NCBI GenBank assembly: GCA_043809585.1
Contig: JBDROZ010000099.1
Coordinates: 1-41,182 of the forward strand
Reading direction: 5' to 3'
Length of the DNA stretch: 41,182 nt
Origin: Candidatus Eiseniibacteriota bacterium
GTDB lineage: Bacteria; Orphanbacterota; Orphanbacteria; Orphanbacterales; Orphanbacteraceae
Shown here: positions 1 through 8,945 of the stretch, piece by piece
Numbering within the stretch: position 1 is the stretch's first letter
Layout of the letters: the number at the start of each line of letters is the position of its first letter
Translations under genes and position numbers: made by a program
Notes under the pieces: generated by a model
What the model saw: only the letters and a program-made list of their open reading frames with translations
The model's database searches: none
What the model was told of the DNA's origin: nothing

Positions 1-250
1 GGTGCTCGTGCCCGCGACGATCCTCGGCACGATCTGGACCTTCAACAACCTGAACGTGATCTGGCTCGTGACGAACCAGGGTGAGCCGGCCGACAAGACC
101 CACATCCTCGTCACCTATGTCTACAAGGCGGCCTTCCACTACTACCGCTACGGCTACGCCGCCGCGTTTTCGCTGGTGATCTTCTTCGTCCTGCTCGCTT
201 TCGTGGTCTGGTTCCTCCGGGTGTCGAGGGAGAAGGAGGGGGCGGTATGA
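1..250 (+). CDS. malF: Sugar ABC transporter permease, MalF-type (3' part only; truncated by window start)
   Basis: IWTFNNLNVIWLVTNQGEP...THILVTYVYKAAF...YGYAAAFS is the typical C-terminus of carbohydrate ABC permease 1; stop overlaps the next ATG (ATGA 247-250). Confidence 0.8.
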   Translation, partial: VLVPATILGTIWTFNNLNVIWLVTNQGEPADKTHILVTYVYKAAFHYYRYGYAAAFSLVIFFVLLAFVVWFLRVSREKEGAV

Positions 251-1077
251 GCAGAAAACAGTTCCGTTCCCTCGTCCTCCACCTGGTGCTGATCCTCGTG
301 ACCGTCGCCACGGTCTATCCGATCCTGCAGGTGATCGGGATCTCGCTGCGTCCCGGCAACCGGCTCTATTCGACGTCCCTCGCCCTCATTCCGGAAGGGG
401 CGACGCTCGACGCGTACCGGATCATCCTCTTCGAGAAACCTTTCCTCCTCTGGATGCGGAACTCCCTTCTCGTCACGGTGACGGTCACGATCCTCGGAGT
501 GGTGCTCGCGTCGACGGCGGGGTACGCCTTTTCCCGGTTCCGTTTCCCCGGGCGCGGGGTGGGCATGCTCTCCTTTCTCGTCACCCAGATGTTCCCCGCC
601 ACCATGCTCCTCCTCCCGCTCTACATCCTGCTCGGGAAGGTGGGGCTCGTCGACTCCCTCGCCGGGCTCTCGGTCGCTTACGTGGCGACTGCGCTCCCCT
701 TCTGCGTCTGGACCATGAAGGGGTATTACGATTCGATCCCGGTGGAGCTCGAGGAGGCGGCCATGGTGGACGGCACGACCCGGGCGGGCGCCTTCGTGCG
801 CGTCACCCTCCCCCTCTCGGCGCCGGCCCTCATGATCACGGCCCTTTTCAGTTTCATCTCGGCCTGGTCCGAGTTCATGGTGGCCCGGGTGATCATCCAG
901 TCCCAGAACCTGAGCACGCTCCCTCTCGGCCTCGAGTCCCTGGCCGGCACGTTCCAGACCGAATGGGCGAATTACTCGGCGGGGGCGATCCTGGTCTGCA
1001 TCCCCGTGGTCTCCCTCTTCCTCGCCCTGAACCGGTACCTCGTCGCGGGCCTGACCCTAGGAGGCGTCAAGGGGTAA
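247..1077 (+). CDS. malG: Sugar ABC transporter permease, MalG-type (maltose/maltodextrin family)
   Basis: GYAFSRFRFPGR, QMFP, EAA loop (KGYYDSIPVELEEAAMVDG), C-terminal GLTLGGVKG; hydrophobic helices. Confidence 0.88.
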   Translation: MSRKQFRSLVLHLVLILVTVATVYPILQVIGISLRPGNRLYSTSLALIPEGATLDAYRIILFEKPFLLWMRNSLLVTVTVTILGVVLASTAGYAFSRFRFPGRGVGMLSFLVTQMFPATMLLLPLYILLGKVGLVDSLAGLSVAYVATALPFCVWTMKGYYDSIPVELEEAAMVDGTTRAGAFVRVTLPLSAPALMITALFSFISAWSEFMVARVIIQSQNLSTLPLGLESLAGTFQTEWANYSAGAILVCIPVVSLFLALNRYLVAGLTLGGVKG

Positions 1078-1115
1078 CCCGCGATTCCCGACATGTTCCT
1101 GCACGGAGGAGTGTC

Positions 1116-3094
1116 TTGAAGAGATTCGTCCGAATCGGTTCGGCCGCGGCGCTCGTCGCCCTGGCCGGGTGCGGGGGGGATTCGAACCGGGGGCTCCCGG
1201 TCGACCGGGAAGCCATGGAAGCGCGCTTCACCGAACAGGAGGGGGCGCGCATCGAAAACCTCTTCTCCCTCGACCAGATTCAGGGCGCCGTGAGAGGGGG
1301 GGAGGGGGATCTCCGGGCGGACTTCTCGGAGGTTCGGGTCCTTCTCTCCGGTGAGGAGATCGATCCCGCGAAGATCCACGGCACCGTCCGCGTCGGTCCC
1401 TATCCCTTCGAAGCGGAGGAGGCGGACTTTGCCTACAAACGCTTCCGGGTCCGCCACCGCCTGGAGGGGGGGAAGGCCGATCTCGGCGCGCACTTCCTGA
1501 TGGAAGAAGGGCTGAACAGCGAAGGGTGGACCGACGGGGGGCGCCTCTCCGTCCGATTCGATCTCCGCTACGAGCGGCCCGGCGCGGACCGGGACCTCGG
1601 CCTCTACGACATCTTCGTGGACTTTCGCCGGAGCGGCGAGACCTATGAGGTCCTCCCCTCGATCGTCGAGGGCCCGTTCGTCGCGCTCGCCCGGAGCGAC
1701 GATCCCGGCCGGGTCGTGGTCGCCCTCCGGACGAGCGTTCCGGCGCCCGTGCGGGTGCTCCTCGGCGACGGCCGGACCTACGTTTCCCGGGGGGGCGGCC
1801 TCTCCCACGAGATTCCCGTCACCGGTCTGGACGCGGCGAGGGAGTACTCGTACCGGGTCGAGGTGGGCGGCGCGCGGTCCCGATCCTTCCCCTTCCGGAC
1901 GGCGCCGAAGAAGGGGAAGGGGGAGGTCGTCTTCGCCTACACCGGCGACAGCCGGGAGGGCCGCGGGGGGGGCGACGAGGAGTTCATGGGCGTCAACCAC
2001 CGGACCCTCGTGAACCTCACGGCGGTGGCCTACCGGGAGGGGGCGATGTTCTTCCTCATGGGGGGAGATCTGGTCAACGGGTACACCACGTCTCCCGGAG
2101 ATTTCGCCGCCCAGCTCCGGGCGTGGAAGCAGGCGGTCGCCGGCTTCGGCAACTCCCGGCCCATCTATCCCTGCATGGGGAATCACGAGGCCCTTCTCCG
2201 GATCTTCGATCTCGGCGAGGGGAAGAGCGCTTATCTCGATCGCTGGCCTTACGACACGGAGAGCGCCGAGGCCGTCTTCGCCCGGGAATTCGTGAACCCC
2301 GAGAACGGCCCGAGCCGTCCGACCGCCGCCGGCCCCCCTACCGGGAAAACGTCTACTCCTTCCAGTACGGGCCCGTCCTCTGCATCGCCTTCAACAACAA
2401 CTACTGGTTGAACGACGGCTACCCGGACGCGGGCGGTTCTCCCGAGGGATACTTGCTGGAAGACCAGATGGGCTGGATCGAGAGTGAGCTGGAACGGGCG
2501 GAGAAGGAGAGGTCGATCCGCTTCGTGGTCCTCTACGGCCAGGAGCCGGTCTTCCCGAACGGGGGGCACGTGGATGACGCGATGTGGCACGGCGGCGACA
2601 ACCGGGTCCGGGCGTCGACCGTCGAGCACGGGGTGCGGACGGAGGAGGAGGCGGGGCTGATCGAAGTCAGGAACCGCCTTGTCCGGGCGGCGGCCCGCTG
2701 CTCGAAGACGGCCGCCGTCCTCGGCGCCGACGAGCACGGATATCACCGGACCTTGATCGGGAAGGAGGTCCCCATCGGCGACCCCGGGAAGGACGATCGG
2801 AACGGGGACGGCGTGATCGACTGGCCCGAAGAGCCCTGCTCCCCCCTCGGCGATCTCGAACGGGACGTCTGGTACATCGTCGGCGCGGGGGCGGGCGCTC
2901 CCTACTACTCGGAAGAGCCTTCCCCCTGGAACGCCTACTGGAAGGGGAGGGACGACACGTCCGCCGGATACCGCCTCTCGTCCCAGGAGAGCGTCCTGAT
3001 CTTCCGGACCGAGGGGAAGAGGCTCTCTCTCCGGGTGATCAATCCGTACGGCGAGGTGATCGACGAGGTGGCGGATGTGATGAAGAGAAAGTAG
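1116..3094 (+). pseudogene. Lipoprotein metallophosphoesterase (purple acid phosphatase-like, FN3-like domain + calcineurin-like domain), split by a 1-nt frameshift near 2309-2311 (real or sequencing error)
   Basis: GGAGGAG RBS, TTG start at 1116, lipobox LAGC. Motifs GDSR, GGDLVNG and GNHE lie in the 963..2411 frame; PYRENVYSFQYG and DEHGYHR continue in the 2123..3094 frame. Adding one base at GGCCC^GAG gives a continuous PENGP-EPSDRRRPPY. Confidence 0.8.
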
Positions 3095-3139
3095 GTCCGC
3101 CGCGGGGCGGACGCTCGATTCGAAGCGGCCCGGGATCGC

Positions 3140-3697
3140 CTACTTCCGCTCCTCTTCCTCTTTCGACTCTTCTCCGGTCCCGCCGGTCGCCTCGTCCGGC
3201 AGCAGATCGAGAGAGACCGAGTTGATGCAGTAACGGAGTCCCGTCGGCCGGGGGCCGTCATCGAAGACGTGGCCGAGATGGCCGCCGCACTTGGCGCAAA
3301 GCACCTCGGTCCTCTTCATCCAGAGGCTGCTGTCCTCCTCCGTTCGAATCACGCTGTCGCCGGCGGGCGCGTAGAAGCTCGGCCACCCGCAGCCGGCGTC
3401 GAACTTCGTGTCGGACCGGAAGAGGGGGGCGCCGCACCCGGCGCAGGCGTAGACGCCCGGCGTCGTGGTCTCCCAGAACTTCCCGGTGAACGCCTGCTCC
3501 GTCCCCTTCTCCCGGAGGACGTGGAACTGCTCGGGGGTGAGCGTCTCCCTCCACTCCCGTTCGTTCTTCTTCACTTCATTCATGTTCTTCTCCGGAGCTT
3601 TGTCCTTGCCCGAATCGCCCTCGACCGCGCATGCGGCGGTGACCGCCGCCAGACCGGCCAGGAGAAGGGCCCGTGGGATCCATCGCTTCGATCTCAT
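3140..3697 (-). CDS. msrB: Peptide-methionine (R)-S-oxide reductase MsrB with N-terminal lipoprotein-like signal
   Basis: [57 protein letters not shown]; preferred start ATG 3697 ([23 protein letters not shown]). Confidence 0.93.
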   Translation of the reverse strand: MRSKRWIPRALLLAGLAAVTAACAVEGDSGKDKAPEKNMNEVKKNEREWRETLTPEQFHVLREKGTEQAFTGKFWETTTPGVYACAGCGAPLFRSDTKFDAGCGWPSFYAPAGDSVIRTEEDSSLWMKRTEVLCAKCGGHLGHVFDDGPRPTGLRYCINSVSLDLLPDEATGGTGEESKEEEERK

Positions 3698-3889
3698 CTT
3701 CCCGTCCCCGCTCTCTCGCGGGGGTGAGCCCCCGCAGGCTAAAAATACTTCGTTCGGGCGGCCTCCGCAACTCCCTGGAAAAAGGATAGATAAGGCGCGG
3801 TCGCCCATTCGCCCCTCCGCCCCCTTCCGTCAAGCCGCGCGGGGTCGGGCCGATCCTCGGAGGAAGGACCCCTTTCGGGAAAGGACCCC

Positions 3890-4870
3890 GTGAAGAAATA
3901 CGCCCTCGTCGTCACCCTCGCCGCCGCCTCGGGACTCTTCGCCTCCCCGGCCGCCGGGGAGAGCCCTTTCGGACGATTCGCCGTCTTCAGCCTCGGCGAC
4001 ATCGGTAATACGGAGCAGCCCTACCACAGTGACTTCCAGGGGGTCGGGGCCGCCGCCGGATCGGCGGTCTTCTTCGGCATGTCCCTGAACGACCTCGGCC
4101 TCCCCGCCGGAGAGGTGTCGTTTTTCGCGGGGGGCGATTTCACCTTCACTGGGTCGATCCGTCACGGCGGCGTCGAGGCGGGGGGGGAGGTGACCATGAT
4201 GGGAGTGAGCATCGAGGGGGACCTGAAGGCCGGCGGTGACGTGGCGGGAAACGGCGGGAGCATCGACGGAGACGTCGAGGCCGCCGGATCGATCTCGCTC
4301 ACCTCCCTCACCGTGGGCGGCGAAACGAAGCAGGGGGAGCCCTTCTCGCCGACCGAGGACCTCGGGGCGGCTTCCGAGTTCTTCCTCGAGCGGTCCGATC
4401 ACTACGCCTCGCTGGCGCCGACCGGGACACCCGACATCGGCGGGCAGGTCGTCTTCGACGCGGGGCCGGGCCGGAACGTCTTCGAGATCGCCGCCTCGGA
4501 CATGGACGCCGCCTGGGGCGCAGCGATCCGGGGGCCCGCGGGGGCGACGATCATCGTGAACGTTCTCGGGGTCTCGGGCGCCCTCACGAACATGGACTGG
4601 CAGGTGACGGGGGGGGCCGGGCTGACGGGGGTTCTCGTCCATTTCCCCGAGGCGACCTCCCTCGAGATTCAGGGGGTCGCCCTCTTCGGCAACATCCTCG
4701 CCCCCCGGGCGGCGACGTATTTTCCCGCGGGCCTCGTCGTCGGCGGCCTCTGGGTCGGCGATCTGCAAGGGGGCGGCCAGGTGAACTACGGCACCTTCGT
4801 GGAGCCGGACGAAACCCCCACCTCGACTCATTCCACCTCCTGGGGCGCCATCAAGAAGACCTTCCGGTAA
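3890..4870 (+). CDS. Secreted choice-of-anchor A domain protein with C-terminal SWGAIKKTFR tag
   Basis: Signal peptide MKKYALVVTLAAASGLFASPAAG; SDFQGVGAAAG, ATIIVNVLG, VLVHFPEATSL, GNILAPRA, GQVN resemble the choice-of-anchor A beta-helix domain. Confidence 0.72.
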   Translation: MKKYALVVTLAAASGLFASPAAGESPFGRFAVFSLGDIGNTEQPYHSDFQGVGAAAGSAVFFGMSLNDLGLPAGEVSFFAGGDFTFTGSIRHGGVEAGGEVTMMGVSIEGDLKAGGDVAGNGGSIDGDVEAAGSISLTSLTVGGETKQGEPFSPTEDLGAASEFFLERSDHYASLAPTGTPDIGGQVVFDAGPGRNVFEIAASDMDAAWGAAIRGPAGATIIVNVLGVSGALTNMDWQVTGGAGLTGVLVHFPEATSLEIQGVALFGNILAPRAATYFPAGLVVGGLWVGDLQGGGQVNYGTFVEPDETPTSTHSTSWGAIKKTFR

Positions 4871-4896
4871 TGGCCCGAGGAAAGATCGACCGTCGA

Positions 4897-4932
4897 GCCC
4901 GGGTGGGGAGGTCTCGTCCGGGCCCTCTTTCT
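4897..4932 (+). terminator. Possible intrinsic terminator after the choice-of-anchor gene
   Basis: GCCCGGGTGGGG-AGG-TCTCGTCCGGGC stem (several G-U pairs) followed by CCTCTTTCT. Confidence 0.4.
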
Positions 4933-4942
4933 GTCCGGAGTC

Positions 4943-5215
4943 GAGCGTTTTGCCAGGTATCCCGGCTTCTTCACCGACGCACGAATGGAGGCGAAGGATA
5001 TCCGGCACATCTGCAAATCGGATGCCGAAGGTGCGGCGCTCCTCAAAGCGGCCATCGAGAAGCTTGGCCTCTCGGCGCGCGCCCACGACCGGATCCTCCG
5101 CGTGGCGCGCACAATCGCCGACCTCGCGGAGCGCGACGATCTCGAACCGGTGCATGAGGCCGAAGCGATCCAGTACCGGAGCTTGGATCGGCCGAGGTGG
5201 AGGGAGGGGGGATAA
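4943..5215 (+). pseudogene. comM: comM/yifB (Mg-chelatase-like ATPase) 3' remnant, copy 1
   Basis: ERFARYPGFFTDARMEAKDIRHIC...LGLSARAHDRILRVARTIADLA...EAEAIQYRSLDR is the ComM C-terminal domain; no upstream comM sequence is present. Confidence 0.88.
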
Positions 5216-5460
5216 GGCCCGCTCTTCTACAAACGGCGGCAGTCACCGGTTTCTTTGCGCGTTGCAGCAGGGGGAAAAATGTCCAACCGCCCGAACTGGA
5301 CGGAGGACGAGTTCCACAGAATCGGGACTTGCCAGACGATGTCCCCGGTCCTCGGCTGCACTCCCTATCCTCTGCTGCGCTTCGACTCTTCGTGATCGTC
5401 CACGAGGTAAGGGCCCCGCATGGGCGCACCGAGATTTCCGTCTTCGGACGACGGCGTTTC

Positions 5461-6945
5461 TCAGCATCGACGTCTTCCTTGAGCCTCCACCATTTGGCAA
5501 CCAACACCGGCGAAGAAGCACCAGAGGAGCGGTTCGATGAGGAACTTGAACCGGTAGTTTTCACCGAACTCGGCGCCGCAGGAGACTAGCGTCACGTAGA
5601 CGATCAGAATCGCAAGGAACCACATGAGCGGGTTTCGCCTAACACACCGACCGAACGATTCCAGTGAAGAAAAGCACGGCCGATGCGTGGTCGCGAGGAA
5701 GAGCAGCAGTGAGACCGGAATCAGAAAGAAGTAGAAGGAGCCGATGCAAGGAGCGCCTGTCCGCTCAGAGATCCACTCTGCGAATCGGAGACCCTGGACG
5801 TACTCCGACACGATCCTTTCGTGGAATCCGATGATCTCGGAGTTAACGGCCATTCGCCGGTAGGATGCAGAAGGATGACGGCAGGACGGGCGGCAGAAGA
5901 TGAGATAGCCGCTGCCCATGTTGCGGAGGTGGTGTTCCGGACTGTTCCTGATAATTCGCAAGGCGGTGCTCGAATAGAGTCTTGATATGGCCACGATGTT
6001 CAGGTTGTTGTAGTCGTCCCGTGAAAGCGCTTCGATGTCGGAGGTTCGAGCGAAGCCGAAGCGGCGGAAGACGGAGGGCCTGTGGAAGGAGCGCTTGCGC
6101 TCGGTAATGACCTGGAAGAGGATCGGGTCGATGATCCCCTCCGCGGTCAGCTTCTCGAGCTCCTCTCTGGAGTAATTCGCAGTGGATGCTTTCCACAGGT
6201 TTATCCCGTACCAGCTGCTCCCTCCGAAGAAGCCGAACTTCACATAGTTCTTCGTGTACCAACCGAGAGAAAGCAGACAGAGGAGAACGGACAAGAGGAG
6301 GCATAGACGCAACCGTCGCGAGACGAGGCAGGCTACGGGAACGGCGGCAAGGAGAAGTATGGGATGGTAAACGCTGCGTGTCAGGATGAGGAGGTTAAGG
6401 AAGAGGAGAAAAGCGGCGAGATGGGCCGGTCTCCGGGAGGAGGCTCCGAGAGCCAGAAAGAAGACGGCCGTGACTGCGAGAAAGCAAGAAAGGAAGGTGT
6501 AGTTGACGTACGCCTCGTAGAGGATGAGGGACGGGTTGAGGAGGTCGGGGATCGCGAGGAGGAGGGCGAGTCGTTTCCTTCTCGTAACGGACAGGAGGAT
6601 CACGTAGGTCATCCCCGACAAGAGCGAACCGAGGAGAATATTGGAGTAGTGCATGGCCTGGAGATAATTCGTAGGGAACGTGCGGATGAAAAAGGCGCCG
6701 TAGAGGTTGTATAAAGGCGGCTGAGAGTGAAGATTCCAAATGCTCTCGAGAAGATTCGTACGAAGCAAGTCGGCTGGGAGGTGCTGCCAGAAGAAATCCC
6801 AGGAACGCCCGGAAGCCGTGATGTCCAAGCCGCGGACCGTCTTATAGAAGAGGGCAAGAGACAAATGAAGGAGAGACACGAGGAGAAACCCCTTCTGCCA
6901 ACCCACAAGCTTCTGCTCACTCGGTCGTGGCACGTTCGTGCTCAT
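5461..6945 (-). CDS. Polytopic membrane protein, GT-C/ArnT-like glycosyltransferase-related
   Basis: 494 aa with many TM segments, HSQPPLYN, a large soluble loop and C-terminal ENYRFKFLIEP; more AT-rich than the flanking core genes. Confidence 0.6.
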   Translation of the reverse strand: MSTNVPRPSEQKLVGWQKGFLLVSLLHLSLALFYKTVRGLDITASGRSWDFFWQHLPADLLRTNLLESIWNLHSQPPLYNLYGAFFIRTFPTNYLQAMHYSNILLGSLLSGMTYVILLSVTRRKRLALLLAIPDLLNPSLILYEAYVNYTFLSCFLAVTAVFFLALGASSRRPAHLAAFLLFLNLLILTRSVYHPILLLAAVPVACLVSRRLRLCLLLSVLLCLLSLGWYTKNYVKFGFFGGSSWYGINLWKASTANYSREELEKLTAEGIIDPILFQVITERKRSFHRPSVFRRFGFARTSDIEALSRDDYNNLNIVAISRLYSSTALRIIRNSPEHHLRNMGSGYLIFCRPSCRHPSASYRRMAVNSEIIGFHERIVSEYVQGLRFAEWISERTGAPCIGSFYFFLIPVSLLLFLATTHRPCFSSLESFGRCVRRNPLMWFLAILIVYVTLVSCGAEFGENYRFKFLIEPLLWCFFAGVGCQMVEAQGRRRC

Positions 6946-7776
6946 TGGTTACGGCAGCTCCCCGGGAGGGATCGGGTCAATTGCGGTGGATGGTCGGCCC
7001 AGGGGGGCGCAGAGAAGTCAGAGGCCCCGAGCCGTCCCCGATCAGGCGATCGGGGGGGCGGTGCCGAGGCGGAGAGATCCTCCGAATCCCGGTCGGGATA
7101 CTCTGCGTCTGCGGAGAAATCGACGGGTGCCGCAGCCCTTTGCTTTGAGATTCTCCTTTTCTGCGGCCCTTCTTTCGCTACGAGGATGAGGGCAGGAGTC
7201 GCTTCGGACGGCACTGAGCGATCGAAGGCGACGGTAGGCTCGAGAGAGAGATCCGGGATGGGCGGTGTCCTGGCGGTCAGGGGCGGATAAGAATCGGTGC
7301 TGCGGTGCTCCCTTGCCTTCGGGTCGGTGCGTTCATCTTCGACGGCGCGGTGGTACCACTCGGCCGTGACGCGCAGGCGGCGGTCTCTGCCGTACCTCCC
7401 AGGACGCGCACCCGCCCGAGAGTAAGTAAATACACATGAAGTTCTGAGCACAGACTGGATCTTATCTTGGAACTCCGTACTGGTCAAGTCCGGACTCGCC
7501 TGCTCGGTGTCGCCTGAGCCGTTCCCGGGAGGCCTGTGGCCAAGAGAGACGCAGGTCGGTCTTGGAGTGGAATGCGCGAATGAGAAGGCTCATTTCCGGG
7601 GGGCGCGTGGCGGAGGAAGCGTTCGATCCTCGCGAGGGTTCCTCTCGGGTGAGCAATCATCTGATCGATGGCATTCCGCTCTGGGACGGCCGAAGCGAGC
7701 AGTAGCGCAACACCGCGACGAAGACAGAGGAGAGGATCCGCCGACAAATTCCGCCCGGGACTTCGTTCCGTGCGGA

Positions 7777-8090
7777 TCAACGCCTCAACCGATAGGCGGC
7801 GGAGGGCGAGCGGGTGGGTCGAACAGTGTACGAGGGAAGCGATCGGGGGATCGTGTGCCAGCGAACCCAGAGGTTCAGCGACCAGAGCCCCCATAGAAGG
7901 GCGAGTCCTACCCAGCCCGAAACGTTGCGGCGGAAACCCGCCCAACCGAAATCGCGGTGCCGGATCACAGAGAAGCCGAGGAGGAACATCGCCGGCAAGA
8001 GCGGGAATCGATAGCGGGCGTTGTCGCGGACGAGCGTATGGATCAGGACGTACGCCACTGCGTAGGCAAAGAAAACTTCCTTCCCGCTGC
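7777..8090 (-). pseudogene. 3' fragment of a second GT-C/ArnT-like membrane protein
   Basis: VFFAYAVAYVLIHTLVRDNARYRFPLLPAMFLLG plus a further TM helix; RYRxP is typical of these C-termini; the 5' part is missing and replaced by HTH sequence. Confidence 0.55.
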
Positions 8091-8372
8091 CCTTCTTGCT
8101 GCCTTCGGCTGAGGCTGAAGACTGTCCCCAGGTGAGGACGGTCGATACCCCAGGAACCGGAGTATCCCTGACCACTGCCGGGGCAACGGATGGGCCCTGT
8201 TGCACTCCCAGAACCGGTAAGTGTCCTTCGACACCCCGATCCGCTCCGCGACCTCCCTCTGAATGAGCCCGAGGTCCATCCGCCGCTTCCGGAGAGGGTC
8301 TCCTAAGGTCTTGGGATTCAACGGATAGCCGCAGGCAGGGGGCCGGGGACCTTTGAGGCGTAAGTGACAGGT
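8091..8372 (-). pseudogene. XRE-family helix-turn-helix regulator remnant
   Basis: [10 protein letters not shown]...YPLNPKTLGDPLRKRRMDLGLIQREVAERIGVSKDTYRFWECNRAHP...ILRFLGYRP within ORF 8043..8768; similarity stops about where a second HTH would begin; no clear start codon. Confidence 0.75.
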
Positions 8373-8390
8373 TGGCCATGAACCCCTGTC
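8366..8390. mobile_element. Putative attachment (att) junction of a comM-targeting integrative element
   Basis: Imperfect dyad GACAGG-TTGGCCATGAACC-CCTGTC lies where XRE-HTH sequence (minus) switches to comM sequence (plus, GCC ATG AAC CCC TGT CCC TGC GGC). Confidence 0.5.
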
Positions 8391-8825
8391 CCTGCGGCTA
8401 CCACGGGGAAGACCGCTGCACCCAGGCGCCGTCGCAGGTGGCGCGCTACGTCGGGCGGGTGTCGGGGCCGCTTCTCGATCGCATCGACATCCACGTCGAG
8501 GTCGGGCGCGTTCCTTAACAGAGACTTGTCGGGGATTGCGCTGAGCGAGTCGTCGGAGAAGGTGCGGGGGAGGGTGGAGCGCGCGCGCGACGCAGCGGGG
8601 ACGTTTCGCTTCGATTCTCGGCCTCTTCACGAAACCGCGCATGGAATCGCGCGACATCCGGGGTTTCGCGGTTCCCGACGAGGCGGGCCGCGCGCCCACG
8701 ACCGGATTTTCCGCGCGGTGCGCACGATCGCCGAGCTCGACGAGAGCGATAGACTCCTCGCGACGCACCTCGCCGAAGCGATCAAGTGCCGATCATTAGA
8801 CAAGCCGCGGTGGAGGGAGGGGTAG
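8375..8825 (+). pseudogene. comM: comM/yifB 3' remnant, copy 2 (frameshifted, internally degraded)
   Basis: [11 protein letters not shown]...[25 protein letters not shown] at 8516-8518 from a likely +1 insertion (VP-YRDLSG), then SESSEKVRGRVERAR...RAHDRIFRAVRTIAEL...HLAEAIKCRSLDKPRWREG. Confidence 0.9.
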
Positions 8826-8886
8826 GGTCTCGATTCAGTCTATCAGTTATATTGTCAATGTGTTGCGAGATGACCGATCGGGGTTG

Positions 8887-8915
8887 TTGACGCAAATGCA
8901 CAATATATGCATGAT
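8887..8915 (+). promoter_or_regulatory. Sigma70-like promoter for the HTH gene, with an imperfect palindrome in the spacer
   Basis: TTGACG (8887-8892), 17 nt, CATGAT (8910-8915); TGCA-CAATATA-TGCA overlaps the spacer; GGAGG RBS before ATG 8946. Confidence 0.45.
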
Positions 8916-8945
8916 CGTGCCGAATACTGGCATGGAGGCGCGATC

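Noticed and set aside
4985-5215. 76-aa ORF as a functional small protein
   Set aside because: comM similarity extends upstream of its ATG to 4943, so it is a gene fragment.
6950-7780. Possible remnants of an NAD-dependent epimerase (LRVTAEWY) and a sulfotransferase (HPRGTLARIERFL) on the minus strand
   Set aside because: Matches are only 8-13 residues with no supporting context; cannot be supported without a search.
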